Of a DNA stretch of 64,000 nt, positions 24,425-36,460 are shown piece after piece; position 1 is the first letter of the stretch; each line of letters opens with the position of its first letter. The notes beneath the pieces were generated by a model, which was not told the DNA's origin, ran no database searches, and saw nothing but the letters and a program-made list of their open reading frames with translations. The DNA is from Macrostomum hystrix. Lineage: Eukaryota; Animalia; Platyhelminthes. Both the position numbers and the translations under genes were made by a program. The stretch lies in assembly GCA_950097015.1 (NCBI GenBank), contig CATNEN010000033.1, forward strand, positions 2,480,001-2,544,000, read 5' to 3'.

Positions 24425-25494
24425 TTTACTTGCTGTCTGATAGTTTCGATAATGAACTGCGAATAAGACAAACTTTTAACAACTGGTTGTTTATTTCATG
24501 CTTGTGAGAAATAACTGCTGTCGCTGTTTGAATGCGTATGTTTCTATGTTTCATCGTTATTTGCTATTTAAAATAAAAAAATACCATAGATATATTCAAG
24601 GCAAAAGTGTTCTCATTGACGCCCTGAAAAATCGTCGCTATGCCCGCAAAAGTTAATGACAATGCCTGTAAAAATTATACTATTCTTTCCTAACTCATTC
24701 AAAAACTGTATTGCACTCAGTCATTCTCTACTACTTTGTACATTATTTTGAGACTCTATGAAAATCAGAATCGTCAGGCAAGCTTAAGATCAAGGCTCTT
24801 CTTAGACAATTTGCTGTTATTTTAATGCAGTGTCAATCATGCACCATGTGTGACAAATGCACCCAGCAGCCCGTCAAGCTGCATTCCTGACCCCCCGCAG
24901 AGTCCCGTCAAGCGGACACACGCGTGTCACGGCCCGAGTGAAGGCGGCTGCGCGGAAGCTCCCATCTCCGCCAGTCTCTGGCGGATAAACGGGAAAAATC
25001 CCTACTGCTCCTGTGCAGCAGAGCATCAGGGAATCCCATCTGTAAATTTATCAATCTCGCGGCCCCCACGGCAGTGAATTCAGCAAGCCACCGCCCACTG
25101 CGCCAGAAGCCCGGGGCCAGGGGAAGGCACTGCTGAGATTATCCAAAGTACACAAACAAAACTTAACATGCAGCTGTTTCCACTGCGCACACCGGATGTG
25201 TAACCGGCTGCCAATTGTCCGATGTGAGAGACGGGAGCGTTGGAAAGAGCGAAGGATGCGAGGGCGCTGCTGGGAACGTGTTTGTTTGGGCAACTGTTCC
25301 CCTCCGATTTGCTTATCTGTCCCCCAACCATGCCAGCCACCCACCCTGCAGAAGAGAAAGAGAGGGCGATGTTTGAATAAGGGCTGGCCGGGAGTCGCTG
25401 CGAATCGAATTGCTTACTACACAGCTTAAATCCTCTCTGTCCACTGCTTTTCCTCTCGGCTGTGTTTTGAGAGCGGTTTCTCGGCTCGTTGGGC

Positions 25495-28400
25495 ATGCCG
25501 GACTGTCTCCTGTTCGCACTACTCCTGGCTGCAGCGGCCAACGTAGCCTCAGCGTCGACCTGGGAGGCCTGGGAGCCGTTCAGACCGGAGCTGCCGTCCC
25601 TAAGGTCTGTGCTGTCCCGTGCAATGCGCTGTCAGGGCATCGGGCAGCTCCACGCCGCAGCGGTTCACGCCGGACGGCCGATTTTCGACTTTCGTCTGGA
25701 GAGGAGCGGAGGAGACGGGCGCGTAGGCGACCTGGATAGGTCCATGCTGCTCAGCTTGGCTTCCGTGTCAAAAGGTATGCTCGGCACGGCGCTGCCTCGA
25801 ATTCAGGAGTCGCTGCTGGGATCGAAGATGCCGCCAGAGGCTCGCGGTGTTGTGGGGTGAGTTCTCGAGTGTCACCTGATGTCTTATTGATTGACTCTAA
25901 TCCGCTTGGTACTCGAACTGCAGCCTGTTGAAGCTGCCCCTGAAGTCTATCTTCGGTGACGATTTTTGGTTCGTCGATCAGACGCGGACGGACCTGGTGA
26001 CTCTGGAGGATCTGGTGAGCCATTCCACTGGAGTGGCCAGGCACGACTCGCTCTGGTATCTGAGGCGATTCGACTCGAAGGAAGAGTTGGTGAAGTGAGT
26101 CTCAAGTCGGGGAACTTAGAATTTGACTTTGGATCCTTGCAAAAGTAGCCTGCTGCTGCATATTATTCTTTGTTTCTGTTTGACTTTGCGAGGGATGATA
26201 AATAGCCCAAAGAAAGTACAGGTAAATTTGGTGTTGACGGGTCTCAGCCACCAGGTGCTGCCAACACTCGATTCTCCTCTCTCTCATGCCCGTAGAGTCA
26301 CAGGCCGCTTGCCGGCAATCTTAGGTTTCCGATCCTCCTTTCGCTACAACAACCTGGCCTGGGCAATCGCAGACCTGGCGCTACAGCGCCTCACTGGCCT
26401 GACTTATCCACAGTACATGCGCGAACACCTGTGGCTGCCAATCAACATGACTGACACCTACACCAGCTCGGAGATGAACGCGAGTCTGTGGTCGAGGGTC
26501 TACAGGAACTCGCGCTCCATCATTGACGGAATCACCTACGACAGTGATGAGCTTCGCAAGTGAGAGTTGAGCAATGAAGTCTTGCTGAATCATGCTGTTT
26601 ACGAGCTAGCTTGCATATGGCTAGAGTAGGTATTGTTGCCTGACTATACTTAAATCGTATGAGGAAGTGTGATAATTCACGGATACTACGCTCATGTATC
26701 AACGTAGGTCCGGGCGCTTTGTAGGCCAAGCGACATTATGCCACGCTTTTAGCCCTTTTCCTGAGCCAAAAAACACGTTTATTCACGAATTTCGATAAAA
26801 AAGATAGACATAAGAAAAAATCTGCTAGGACTTTCACTGCGAAGAATTCACACTCAATTGATTAATGCCCACAGCTCGACAAACCTGGTCGAAGCAGCAG
26901 GTGGGGTCCACACCTCACTGGACGACATGATAAAGTACATGCAGCTGCACACCGTATCAAACTACTCAAGCGTGCGACCGCTGCCCAGCCAGTTCGGTCC
27001 AGTAAATGCCTACGTGGCCGAGAATGGCTTTAACCAGTGCTTCAACCGAGACTTGTACACAGCGCCTGACACTGGCTTCCCCGACCTGGAGATCGAGTCC
27101 TACAGCAAGGGCTGGTTCAGGACTTGGTACCGCAGTGCGTCTGTGCGGCTTTCTGATTGTTAAGGAACTCACAAAGCTGTATAATTCAGGGTTGAGCTGT
27201 ACAGAGTTGATTAAGTCACTTGCCCTAGCTGAGACTAGACCTGACATTTACACATTTGCCTCGTCGGTACTGCAACACTGCTTTCCCATATACTTAGCTC
27301 GTATTTATAAACACACTGAATTATTGATATTCAAGAACTCCAGTGTCCTCAAAACTCCATGGCCTCGAAGGAGCTTCAATATAAACTTAGCTCATAGAAG
27401 TAGCTGAAACATCCATAATGCAATGAGACAGATGACCTAATTAAACTCCCCTGCCGCAGACAACCTGGCCTACAGTCACGGAGGCAGTCTTTTTGGTGTC
27501 CGCTGCGAGTTGGACGTGTTCCTGAAACGTCGTCTGGCCGTGTTCACCCACACCAACCTGGCTGACGGCGAGCAGTCGATGCTGCAGCCGCTGTATGCCG
27601 CCATACTCAACAAGTACCTGACCGACGTGCTGCTGCTAAATGCATCGTTCGTCACGGAGGCCAACGTGTGCAGCCTGCTACACCGAGTTAATAGCCAGGT
27701 GACTGCACTGCCCCGACTCAACATGACTCAAGCGGACATCGACTTCTGCTCTGGCAGGTTTGTGATTAGAGAATAGATAGATAGAGACACGCCGGAGCTT
27801 ATAAGCTCTTGCGCACACGCGCTCGCGAAACAGACGGGACGGGCAGGCGGCTGTGGTCTGGGGGCTGAGACCCAGCGCCTGCAAGTGCCACAAAGCAGTC
27901 AGTCATCGCCATAGTTTGTCATCGGCGCTTCTGCTCCGTCGGCTGGTGCAGGAGGACCAGGACCAAAGGGACTTGGTCGCTGCGGCCATGACTCCACAGG
28001 TAGTGGCCCAGCAGCATTTGGCGACGCCGGAGAGAATAAACTTTGAAAATGTACTTTTAGCAAATCGGTCTGGTAACTTGCAGCGAATCGGTAACACTCT
28101 ACTCATTTTTAGCGCAAATGCCTTCGTCATCCATGCAGTAGTAGCTTGTAAAAAACGATTTCCGAGCTTAAGAAATTAGAAAAGTTAAAATGCAAGTAGT
28201 AAGAGCAGCTTGTTTAGAACAGTAACAGACAAAAATATTTTATGACTTCCAGTTTTGGCCAGTACGGCTACGGTTCGGTGTCGGTTTACCTGAACGGCAC
28301 CAGCGGTCTGCTTAACGCTCGCTACGGAATTATGCACGTCGAATTGTACCTGGTGGCGGCCAGGGATCAGTACTACCAGTTCATTCCCAGAGCAGTTTCA

Positions 28401-28739
28401 AGTGTGAACAGCTCCGGTGCCCTGGTATTCGGTGTGAACGACACGCACGTTCACGCGCTCAACACAAGTTTGTACATGCAGCCGTTCGTTCGCATCTACA
28501 ACCGCACCTCCAGCGGCGGAGTCGTGCTCAACTACCCGGCTCTGGAGGCAACTCTCGTCCTGGAGAAGGGACTCAACCCGGATGATTGGCGACGACCCGA
28601 GCGGTGTTCCAACAGTTCCTCAGAGACTCAGACCGTTGACACCTCGAAAGAAGCATCTTACCCCGGGGCGAGTCAAGCTGCAATGACAGCCACAGCGGCG
28701 TGTGTTTTGCAAATGTACCTTTACCTGAACTTTACCTGA
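25495..28739 (+). CDS. Secreted beta-lactamase/D-Ala-D-Ala peptidase-family serine hydrolase, probable GPI-type C-terminus
   Basis: Exons 25495-25856, 25924-26094, 26296-26559, 26875-27134, 27460-27757, 28253-28739 join in phase. Signal peptide, SxxK (SVSK), TLEDLVSHSTG, YxN (YNN), AAGG, HGG, then a FGQYGYG domain and a hydrophobic tail. Confidence 0.88.
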
Positions 28740-29655
28740 ACTCTACCTGAACTCTTAGCTATTTTTTCATTACTTGTCTTAATTAGTGAAGCTGCGCTTG
28801 AAGCAAAAAACATTTTTGAGCATGTTTTTTTAAACTATTCGATTTATTGAAGCATTTTGCTAGCTCGAAAAACTTTCTAATGTAAGCTGAAAGATTCACA
28901 AATGATGGAGCGTATGAGTTCCCGCCGGGAATTTTCAGCAGCAAAAGATTATGTTTTGTTTTTAGAGCAGTTCATGGCTCTATAGCGGATTCGATAACTT
29001 CAACGTGGAAATCAAAGATAAAGCACAAATTCGTTTTTGCGCCTCAAACTTTGACGAAAACATTGCAGCAAAGGGCAGATAGTTCAGAGCAAATCTAGTC
29101 TGCCTGCAATGAGCTATAGACTGGGTCAAGCACCTGCCATCAAAGTTAATTAACCTACTATCTAGTGCAGCACTGACAACAGGATCCGCGAGAATCTAAT
29201 CTGTGAGGGATTTCAACCCACGGACCATAGGATACAAACAGGGTCCTTTGTTGCAGTACGGAACCCTGCAAAAATGCGTTCTCCGTGTTAAAAAAATGAA
29301 TAATAGTGCCTATTCAGAATAAATATTAGTTCTCTGCTGCTGAGGGGACATTAGTTCTCTGCTGTTTGGGGCACATTTAATTGGTTATTTACTGCTGGGG
29401 GGACATTGGTTCTCTGCTGCTGAGGGGATAGTATTCGCATGTACCTTAGTAGCATTATGCAAGAAATAAAATTTCCAAGAAACGAAGTGTCCCGTCATTC
29501 TTCTTCTAGTTGTCCTTGATATTTATTCGTACCGGACAAATAGATATTTCAATATATCAATATTGATAGGCTGCAGACTGCTGAAACGTGGTAAAACGTC
29601 GAGGCGCGTAGTGCCTTTCATGGCCCGCCCGCTGTTCATATCTTTGGGTATCTTT

Positions 29656-30461
29656 GGCGCGCACCACATGCAGAAGCGGAGCGTGCGCTACTTGCCGAAT
29701 CGCTACGCATTGAACTGCCGGACTGCAGCGTCGAAAGCACTTGCAGCTGCGGTTGCACTACTGACAACTGGCTGTTTCATAATACATCTCAGTGGGAATA
29801 CAAACAGGCCCTAATTTCACCTTTGAATAGTCGACACCAGATCCAGGACTACTTGGAACGCGACTGTTACACTTCTGTCACTGAAATCGCCAACAAAAGA
29901 CAAAAACCACAACCGGAGCTGCAAAGGCGTCGACGTCGGCATCGAAATCAGTGCGATTCTCCTCCAATTTCTTCTGCGGCCTTATCCTCCGACTGGTCGT
30001 CCGACAGAAAATCGGCAGCAGTGGAGACAGCTTCATGCATCTCAGGCGGTGGCTTCGACAGTCTCATGCAGACCCTAGAGCGAGCGAGGCTGCGGCTGAG
30101 TGCATCCGCTCTTTACACAGCGCATTCCAATCCCATATCAGCCAGCCAACATGAACATTGTCACTCAAAGCGCAAAAGTCGAAAATTTCTGACGCAGACG
30201 GTTGACTTTGCCATTGATAGACCAGAGAAAGATGAGGGCGTCTGGAAATTTCCAGAATCTGCTGAGACAGAAATCGAGGAGAATAATGCTGGGAACAGGC
30301 GCGATGAAAACCAGTCCAACGCTGGCGACGACTTCAGCGACACTTTCATGGCCTGCGGCTCAACATATTTAGATGACAGGATTGTCAACTACTGCGATGA
30401 GGACGACTGTCAGGCCGCACCGGCGGAGCCACTGTCCACAGTTAACCAATCGTCTATTTAG
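29656..30461 (+). pseudogene. Partial duplicate of the 37248-39194 ORF (copy of 38260-39048)
   Basis: Near-identical sequence; no 5' part; truncated by a deletion junction that creates a TAG. Confidence 0.9.
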
Positions 30462-31265
30462 ATTCTACCTTGGAGTAGCTACAATGGAACTCAAAAGCAA
30501 GTTTCCAAATCAAAATAATTTAAAGAACAGAATGGAATGATACTTCATATATATCAAGAATTTATATTGGGGGCCTAGGTATAAAAATGATGGTGATGTT
30601 TGTAATGTTGTTGCGAAGACTGTCAAAATGGTTCGGAGCTCCTGTTTTTTGTGAATTTACATATCGATCAAACACTCTGTAGAGTTTAGCTAGCCTATGC
30701 AATGGTTAATACATCATCACGTCCCATATCATCGTCGCCGTACGAATAGCCGTTTTGTTATTTGTACGGGGGGAGGCGGCGCGATGGGCGCAAAAGCGCC
30801 TAGTTCGCCGGTCTGGGGGCGTGCCGCTCCGTCGCTTGTGCGACAAGTGCCCCGGGCCCCCCTGCATATAGATAGATAGAGATAGAGTTATTTGTACGGT
30901 CACCGTACGCCGTACGAAGAAAAAAAAGCTAAAACTAATACGTACAAGAACTGATTTGGCGCCAATTCAAATTAAAATAATGTTAGCCGTGTGCGCAAAA
31001 TTTGAATTTCGGCAAAAAGAGGAAAGGAAAGCTAAGTATCAATTTTATTTGCGAAACTGCGAAGTAAATAAATAGAAAAAAACAAATGGGGCAAAGGGGC
31101 GTGGCCAACAAGAGAGCAGTCGCCCACCTAACAATCACAACGCGCCAGTGGGGTACGAAAACCACTGACGCGCGATTGGGTGAGGGTCATTAAACACGCA
31201 ACAGACAATCAGATTTTAAAGGAAAAATCTAGAAGGCTTACGAAAACGGGGTGACGCTGAGAAGA
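30459..31265. repeat. Non-coding segment duplicated at 39843-40520
   Basis: High identity between the two copies, including clustered CGTACG motifs and a CAGTGG/CCACTG hairpin. Confidence 0.9.
30770..30886. mobile_element. 117-bp GC-rich insertion with 13-bp target-site duplication
   Basis: GTTATTTGTACGG at 30757-30769 and 30887-30899; the paralogous site at 40141-40153 has one copy and no insert; the insert ends in an (ATAG)n-like tract. Confidence 0.85.
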
Positions 31266-31657
31266 ACGAAGAAGCATAAAGAAAAATAAAAGTTAATTTC
31301 TCAAGGACTTTCACTTGCACAGAAATTAGCAAGTGAAGTGATTCTGGTCAAACTAAACTAAAGTAAAATACACACTTCCTAATATAGGGTGGTTGACGAC
31401 GGTTAGATAGGATGAATACAACGGTCGAATTCCTAATGTAATTTAAACGAAAGATTGGAGCTTAGTGCTTACTAAAAAATACTAAAAAATCTCACCTGTG
31501 CACAAAGAGATTGGTTAAAAGATTTAAAACACAGCAAAAACACAGCAGCTGAAACAATTACTGCAGTTACACGAGCTACTATAGTCAAAAAGTTTTATTG
31601 TCCATAAAAGTGATGTCAAAACAGAAAGTCGCCTCATCAACTGTCAAGGGCGAAGCT

Positions 31658-33704
31658 TTACGATATCGAACACTTCTTATTTTTTGGCTTTTTAGGCTCC
31701 TCAGCTGGCTGCTGCAGCCGCTTTATAGTATCATCCCGCTCTGCTATCTCCTTAGCTTTCTCATCAGCTTGCTGCTGCAGCCGCTTTATAGTATCATCCC
31801 GCTCTGCTATCTCCTCTGCTATCTCCTCAGCTTTCTTCTTCGAGTCTTGCTCCAGTTTCTGATTTTCTCGCCATAAGGAATCACACTGCCTCGTTCGAAA
31901 TTCAAGCAGACTATTTTGCTTTTGCTGTATCTCCGCATCTTTCATCCCCTGAGCCTGGCTCTGCTGTTGCGTCTCCATCAATTGCTTTCTCAGAGTCGCA
32001 TTGTTCATGTTCACTGCTCGCAAATCTTGTTCTTTCTGTTCCATTTTTTTATCCTTTATTATCACTTGCTTTTTTAGTTCGTCTTTTTCCTTCATCATGT
32101 TTAGCATATATTCCATTTGAACTTTCTGCTCTTCCGAATGCTTCACCTGCTCTTTATGCAGCATCGACTCCATCTCCGCCTTCGAAACGGCAGACTGCTG
32201 AATCTCGGTGACTTTTCTGCCAAACTCCTTCTGCATCTCGCCTATTTGTATCTTGGCCTCCCTACTATCATCCTCCATGCGCTTCATTTCAGCCATCAGT
32301 ATCTCATTCTTCTCCTTTGCTGCGATCCGCTCGGATTTCAGCTGGTTCAGCAGCCGCTGTTGCTGGAAGAGACCTTGCAGCTGGCTCTCGAGCTTCTCTC
32401 TGGATCTCTTGGTGTCTCGCGATCCTCTCTCCATGCACTTCGCGTCGAACTGCTCAATGGCCTGATCTAGAATTTTCTGCAGCAGCGAGTTCAGCTCTTC
32501 GTCGGTTGTCGTCGGACCAGGCAGAGAGCACATGGTCTCCTCAAAGAACCTCCGCGCATCGGCTGAGGCCGTCAGATTGGCCATCTCCACAGTGGCTGTG
32601 AAGATGCTCTTCGGAGTGGGCAGCTTTCCGAGACGGAACTCCTCAAAGTAGACTTCGGCAAGACTGAAAAGCTCTCGACCAGTGAGCTTCTTTCCATTCA
32701 CCTTCTTGACCACGAGGCTCTCAGGCGACAGAATGCGACGTACGAACTGATCAAGGTGTTCCACAAATTCGCAGTCAAGAAGATTCACTTGACCTTTGAA
32801 TTCTTTAAGTGTTACAGCTTTCCCAGGATGAGGCAACAGACAACAGGATGAGCTCACGAAGTGATTTGTGATGCCCTGTCGGAGCTCCTGGTTCTCTCTT
32901 GGCTTTTGGTCGTCACATGCGAGAACATTTTGCAAATACTTTTCGCCACCGTCCACTCCGTAGGCATACTCGTCAGGGTTCTGCCAGTCTCTGATGAGGA
33001 ACCAGAGATGCTGCAGAACCTTCTCCTTGGAGTTCTTGGCCATCGATGCGAACTCGACAAATAAACGAAGATGTTGCAGGTCCGTCTCCTGAATGTTCTG
33101 CAAGACGTTGAAGATCTGCAGGGAGCTCAAGAGGGTGCTGAATGCAAAGATGGTGGTGCAGTCCTGTTGAGTCGACTGGTGATCAAACGTTCCCTGGGTG
33201 TCCATCAGCAGCACGGCCACCTCTTCTCCGTCTGGCCTGCGAATGAAGAACGGCTCGGACCAGATGAGGATTCCCGTGGTGTCTCTTTCGGTCCCAGACC
33301 TCCAGTGAAATCCGTCATCAAGCATTTGTGATTGGACTTTGGATCCCATCCAGTTTTGAGTGTCACCATTATTGAGGGCTCGGAGGTATCTCAGGAAGAA
33401 GTTCAGCAAAAAAGACTTTCCCTTGCGGTAAGCACCGGCCACGCTGACGATGACGATGTTTGAGCTTGCCAGCTTCTCATAATTCTTGAACTCCCTAGCG
33501 AAGTCCTGTGTGAGCTGAAATCCTTCCTCTTCATCATTCTTATCGCTGGAAACTGGTGTCAACAGCTTGACCAGTTTGCCCGGCCTCGCTGAAAAATGGA
33601 TTAAGGTTGTGTTAAATGTTTTGCTAATACAATATTTTCTTAATTCTTTTGCGAATGATGAGAAATTACTCACTTTGATCGTATCCTGGCTCACTGTGCT
33701 GCAT
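31658..33704 (-). CDS. Atlastin-family large GTPase with a long coiled coil and CaaX (KKPKNKKCSIS), no TM hairpin
   Basis: VSVAGAYRKGKSFLLNFFLRYL, GFHWRSGTERDTTGILIWSE, DTQG, LIRDW, LLPHPG. Probable micro-exon 33704-33695 (ATGCAGCACA|GTGAGC) joins in phase to an acceptor at 33589, giving MQHTRPGKLV. Confidence 0.88.
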
Positions 33705-35699
33705 GCTGAAAATGCTTCAAGGCGCATATGGTCTACGCCAGTTGAAACTTGTCCTGTCCTTGCAGTCTTTCTGCTGCCAAAAAATCACTGTAACTTATAC
33801 GCTCCCCAACGAGTTGCATTCATTTATTGTGTTACATCTACCTTTTTTCTCGAAGGCAATAAACTTTTTTTACAAGCGCATTCTCACCGTTTCGTTTAAG
33901 CGGTCAATGAAGCAGTTTAGACCAGTTTAGACCAGTTTTGACCAGTTAAAGTTGAATGCTCTGAGCTTGTCATTTGAATCTTTCGGTGCAGAGAATTGGC
34001 CCATTGTTGTGTTAATATTGTCAGTTTGACTGAAAAAAAATTTGTCATAGCATAACAACTTTTAAAAGGACAATACGTCTACTGGTCGAAACATGGACTG
34101 CTAAGGCGTGTTACACGATAGTAATAAAAAATAGACCAGTAATAGCACAGATACCATAATACCATATAGTTTTTATAGTATCTGTGGTAATAGTGTGTAT
34201 TTTTTAAGGAAAGCAATTTTTATATCCATCTACGAGTAAAAGGAAAAAATATTATGAACTTTGAATGAAATAGTACAGATAGAAAAGTAGCCATAAAATG
34301 AGAGGGCAAGCAATGTCAAGATGGTAAAAATAACTACCTGAGGTCATTAAATGAATGCGCAGAAAGTAGAGCAAGAGACTAATTAAGCACCAAAGTAGAT
34401 GAATAGAAGCCGCATATAGCTAAAACCACATTGAAACTCCAGCGCGATTGTCCATCGCAATGAGAGCAAGACTCTAAAGGTGAGGTAGAAGGGCATGGAC
34501 CATGGCAACTGAGAGCAAAACCAATGTTAAACAAATGTACAAGGGACGAAAGTAGGGCTGCGAGCATCGAATGTGTTTTATAAATTTCTAACTTTTACAA
34601 AGCCTAACCAAAATATGGTTTGTGTTGCCTGGAAATCTACTAGAGATGCGCACAATGCATAACAACAGCAACAATATAGGCCAGAGTTAGAGGTAGGCAT
34701 CAGAAGGCCTGGGCGCGCACTTAGGCAAGGCCTCCAGCAGTGTCCGTGGTGCCGGCATCGGCTAATAGGCAGTCGACGAACCGTCGAGTTCGCCCTGCAC
34801 CCGCCGAACACACTGCATGCAAATTTAGAGGCCCATGCTACGCCAAGATCTAGGTTGGGTTAAAATCCAATCTCAAAATTACTGTCCAAGTAAATTAGCT
34901 AAATGAAAGTCTTATACTGCTATTGCTTATCAGATATTTATATTTATCATATCAAAGCATTCAAGTGGATTTGAGAAGTAACACAAAGGAATGCGGAACA
35001 GAGACAATACACAAATTATAAAAAACCAATCGATAAAAGTCTCATTCAGGTCAAAGAAAAGAGGATTAGCATCCCTGTGGTACTGTTAAAAAAGTCGGCC
35101 GAGCTCAACGAATCACCTCATTTGTTGATGAGTGCACAAGTCCACTCCACATGCTCATAATTTTTCACTCAGGTCGACTTTGGTCATGTAGCAGCGCGAT
35201 AAAATCTTAGCAAATTATTTAGCGCTTGAAACCACAACTGCTCGTTGCTCTCCCTTCAGTGCGAGTCCACCGTCAGATTGTCCGGCCGCGCACTCACAAT
35301 CTGAGGCCGCCACCCGTCCGAGCACTGACGGTAGCGGTCAAGGAGAATTTCTCTCAGAAGTTGTACATTCGTTATCCGAAATCATTCAGGCACACCATTG
35401 AGAAGAAACTTGAAACAATCAATCAACTAAAACTTTATATCCATGCCTCTGGCTTCTGGTCAGTTGATAAATCGGAGAAAGTTGAAGCAGGACCGACGCC
35501 CAGTCAGTGCAGAGGCCTGCTGACCTGCTGGCCTGCTGACCTCATCCCTGTGCGCAGTCGCCGCTGAGTGGTCAAGTCAACACCGACGACACCGGTAAGA
35601 AAAAAAGCGGCAGTTTCGCCTTGAACTTCCAGATTCCTTGTTGAAGCCAAAGCAGGCTGGCTGCAGGCTCTGTTTCGGCACCCTGTCAATTCTGGCAGT

Positions 35700-36460
35700 C
35701 GGTGCACTCTGTGGAGTCATCAGGTAGGTGGCAACTCGACCAAGGCCGGATCCGCGCGACTCCTATGGTGTCTCGCCTTCATTGCTCAGTCTGCACCCAT
35801 CATCAAACCTCTGACCTCATGATTCGAGCCCTATCGAACCCGAGGTCAATCAGCTCGCCAATGCGTGCAGTGTAGCGCAGGTAGTCTCGAAACTCTGACG
35901 CATCATTCTGGCCTCACTCTTCACCATTCTGTCATCATCCAGCAATTCAGCCTCCCGCCAGCCTTTGCAACTCATGCATGGAGACACGCCGCCTGGAGCA
36001 ACAAACATCGATGGAGCACAACAGCTCGTTCACCTTTGCCTCCGGTAAGCTCATTACTCCAGACTGGGTGCTAAACTGAATTACCAGGAAAACCATCTCC
36101 TGGCATGGCTGCATGCTCTTCGCCCAGTTAACACTATGACCGAGGCTCTGCACCAGCTGAGTGAGCTCAGTGTAAAAGCACCAGCAATCCTCCTCGGAGC
36201 CCGAAAAGCCAAAGTCGTCCATGTAGACTTCAAAGTCGAAGAACCTGAACCTGAAAGTTGAAGGATTATGAACCTGATTGCATTACTGATCTGAAAGAAG
36301 CTACCAACTGTAGCCGCTGCGGGGTAGCCGGGTGTCCGCCATGTAGGTCGGCTCGGAATCGCGGTCAAAGGTGAACTTTATGCCGGTAAGGCAGTGCTCA
36401 CTCGGGTGGATGCCGCAGGAACAATAGGCTTGAGTCAGATCCGCCTTGCACATATATGCC
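35700..36460 (-). pseudogene. Decayed DIRS/Ngaro-type reverse transcriptase fragment
   Basis: Across frameshifts: LTQAY..GIHPSEH..GIKF..YMADTRLP, FFQISNAIRFI, VYMDDF, LGHSVNWAKS..P.QEMVFL..., LQRLAG; resembles DIRS-class RT and the RT-RNase H linker. Confidence 0.7.
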
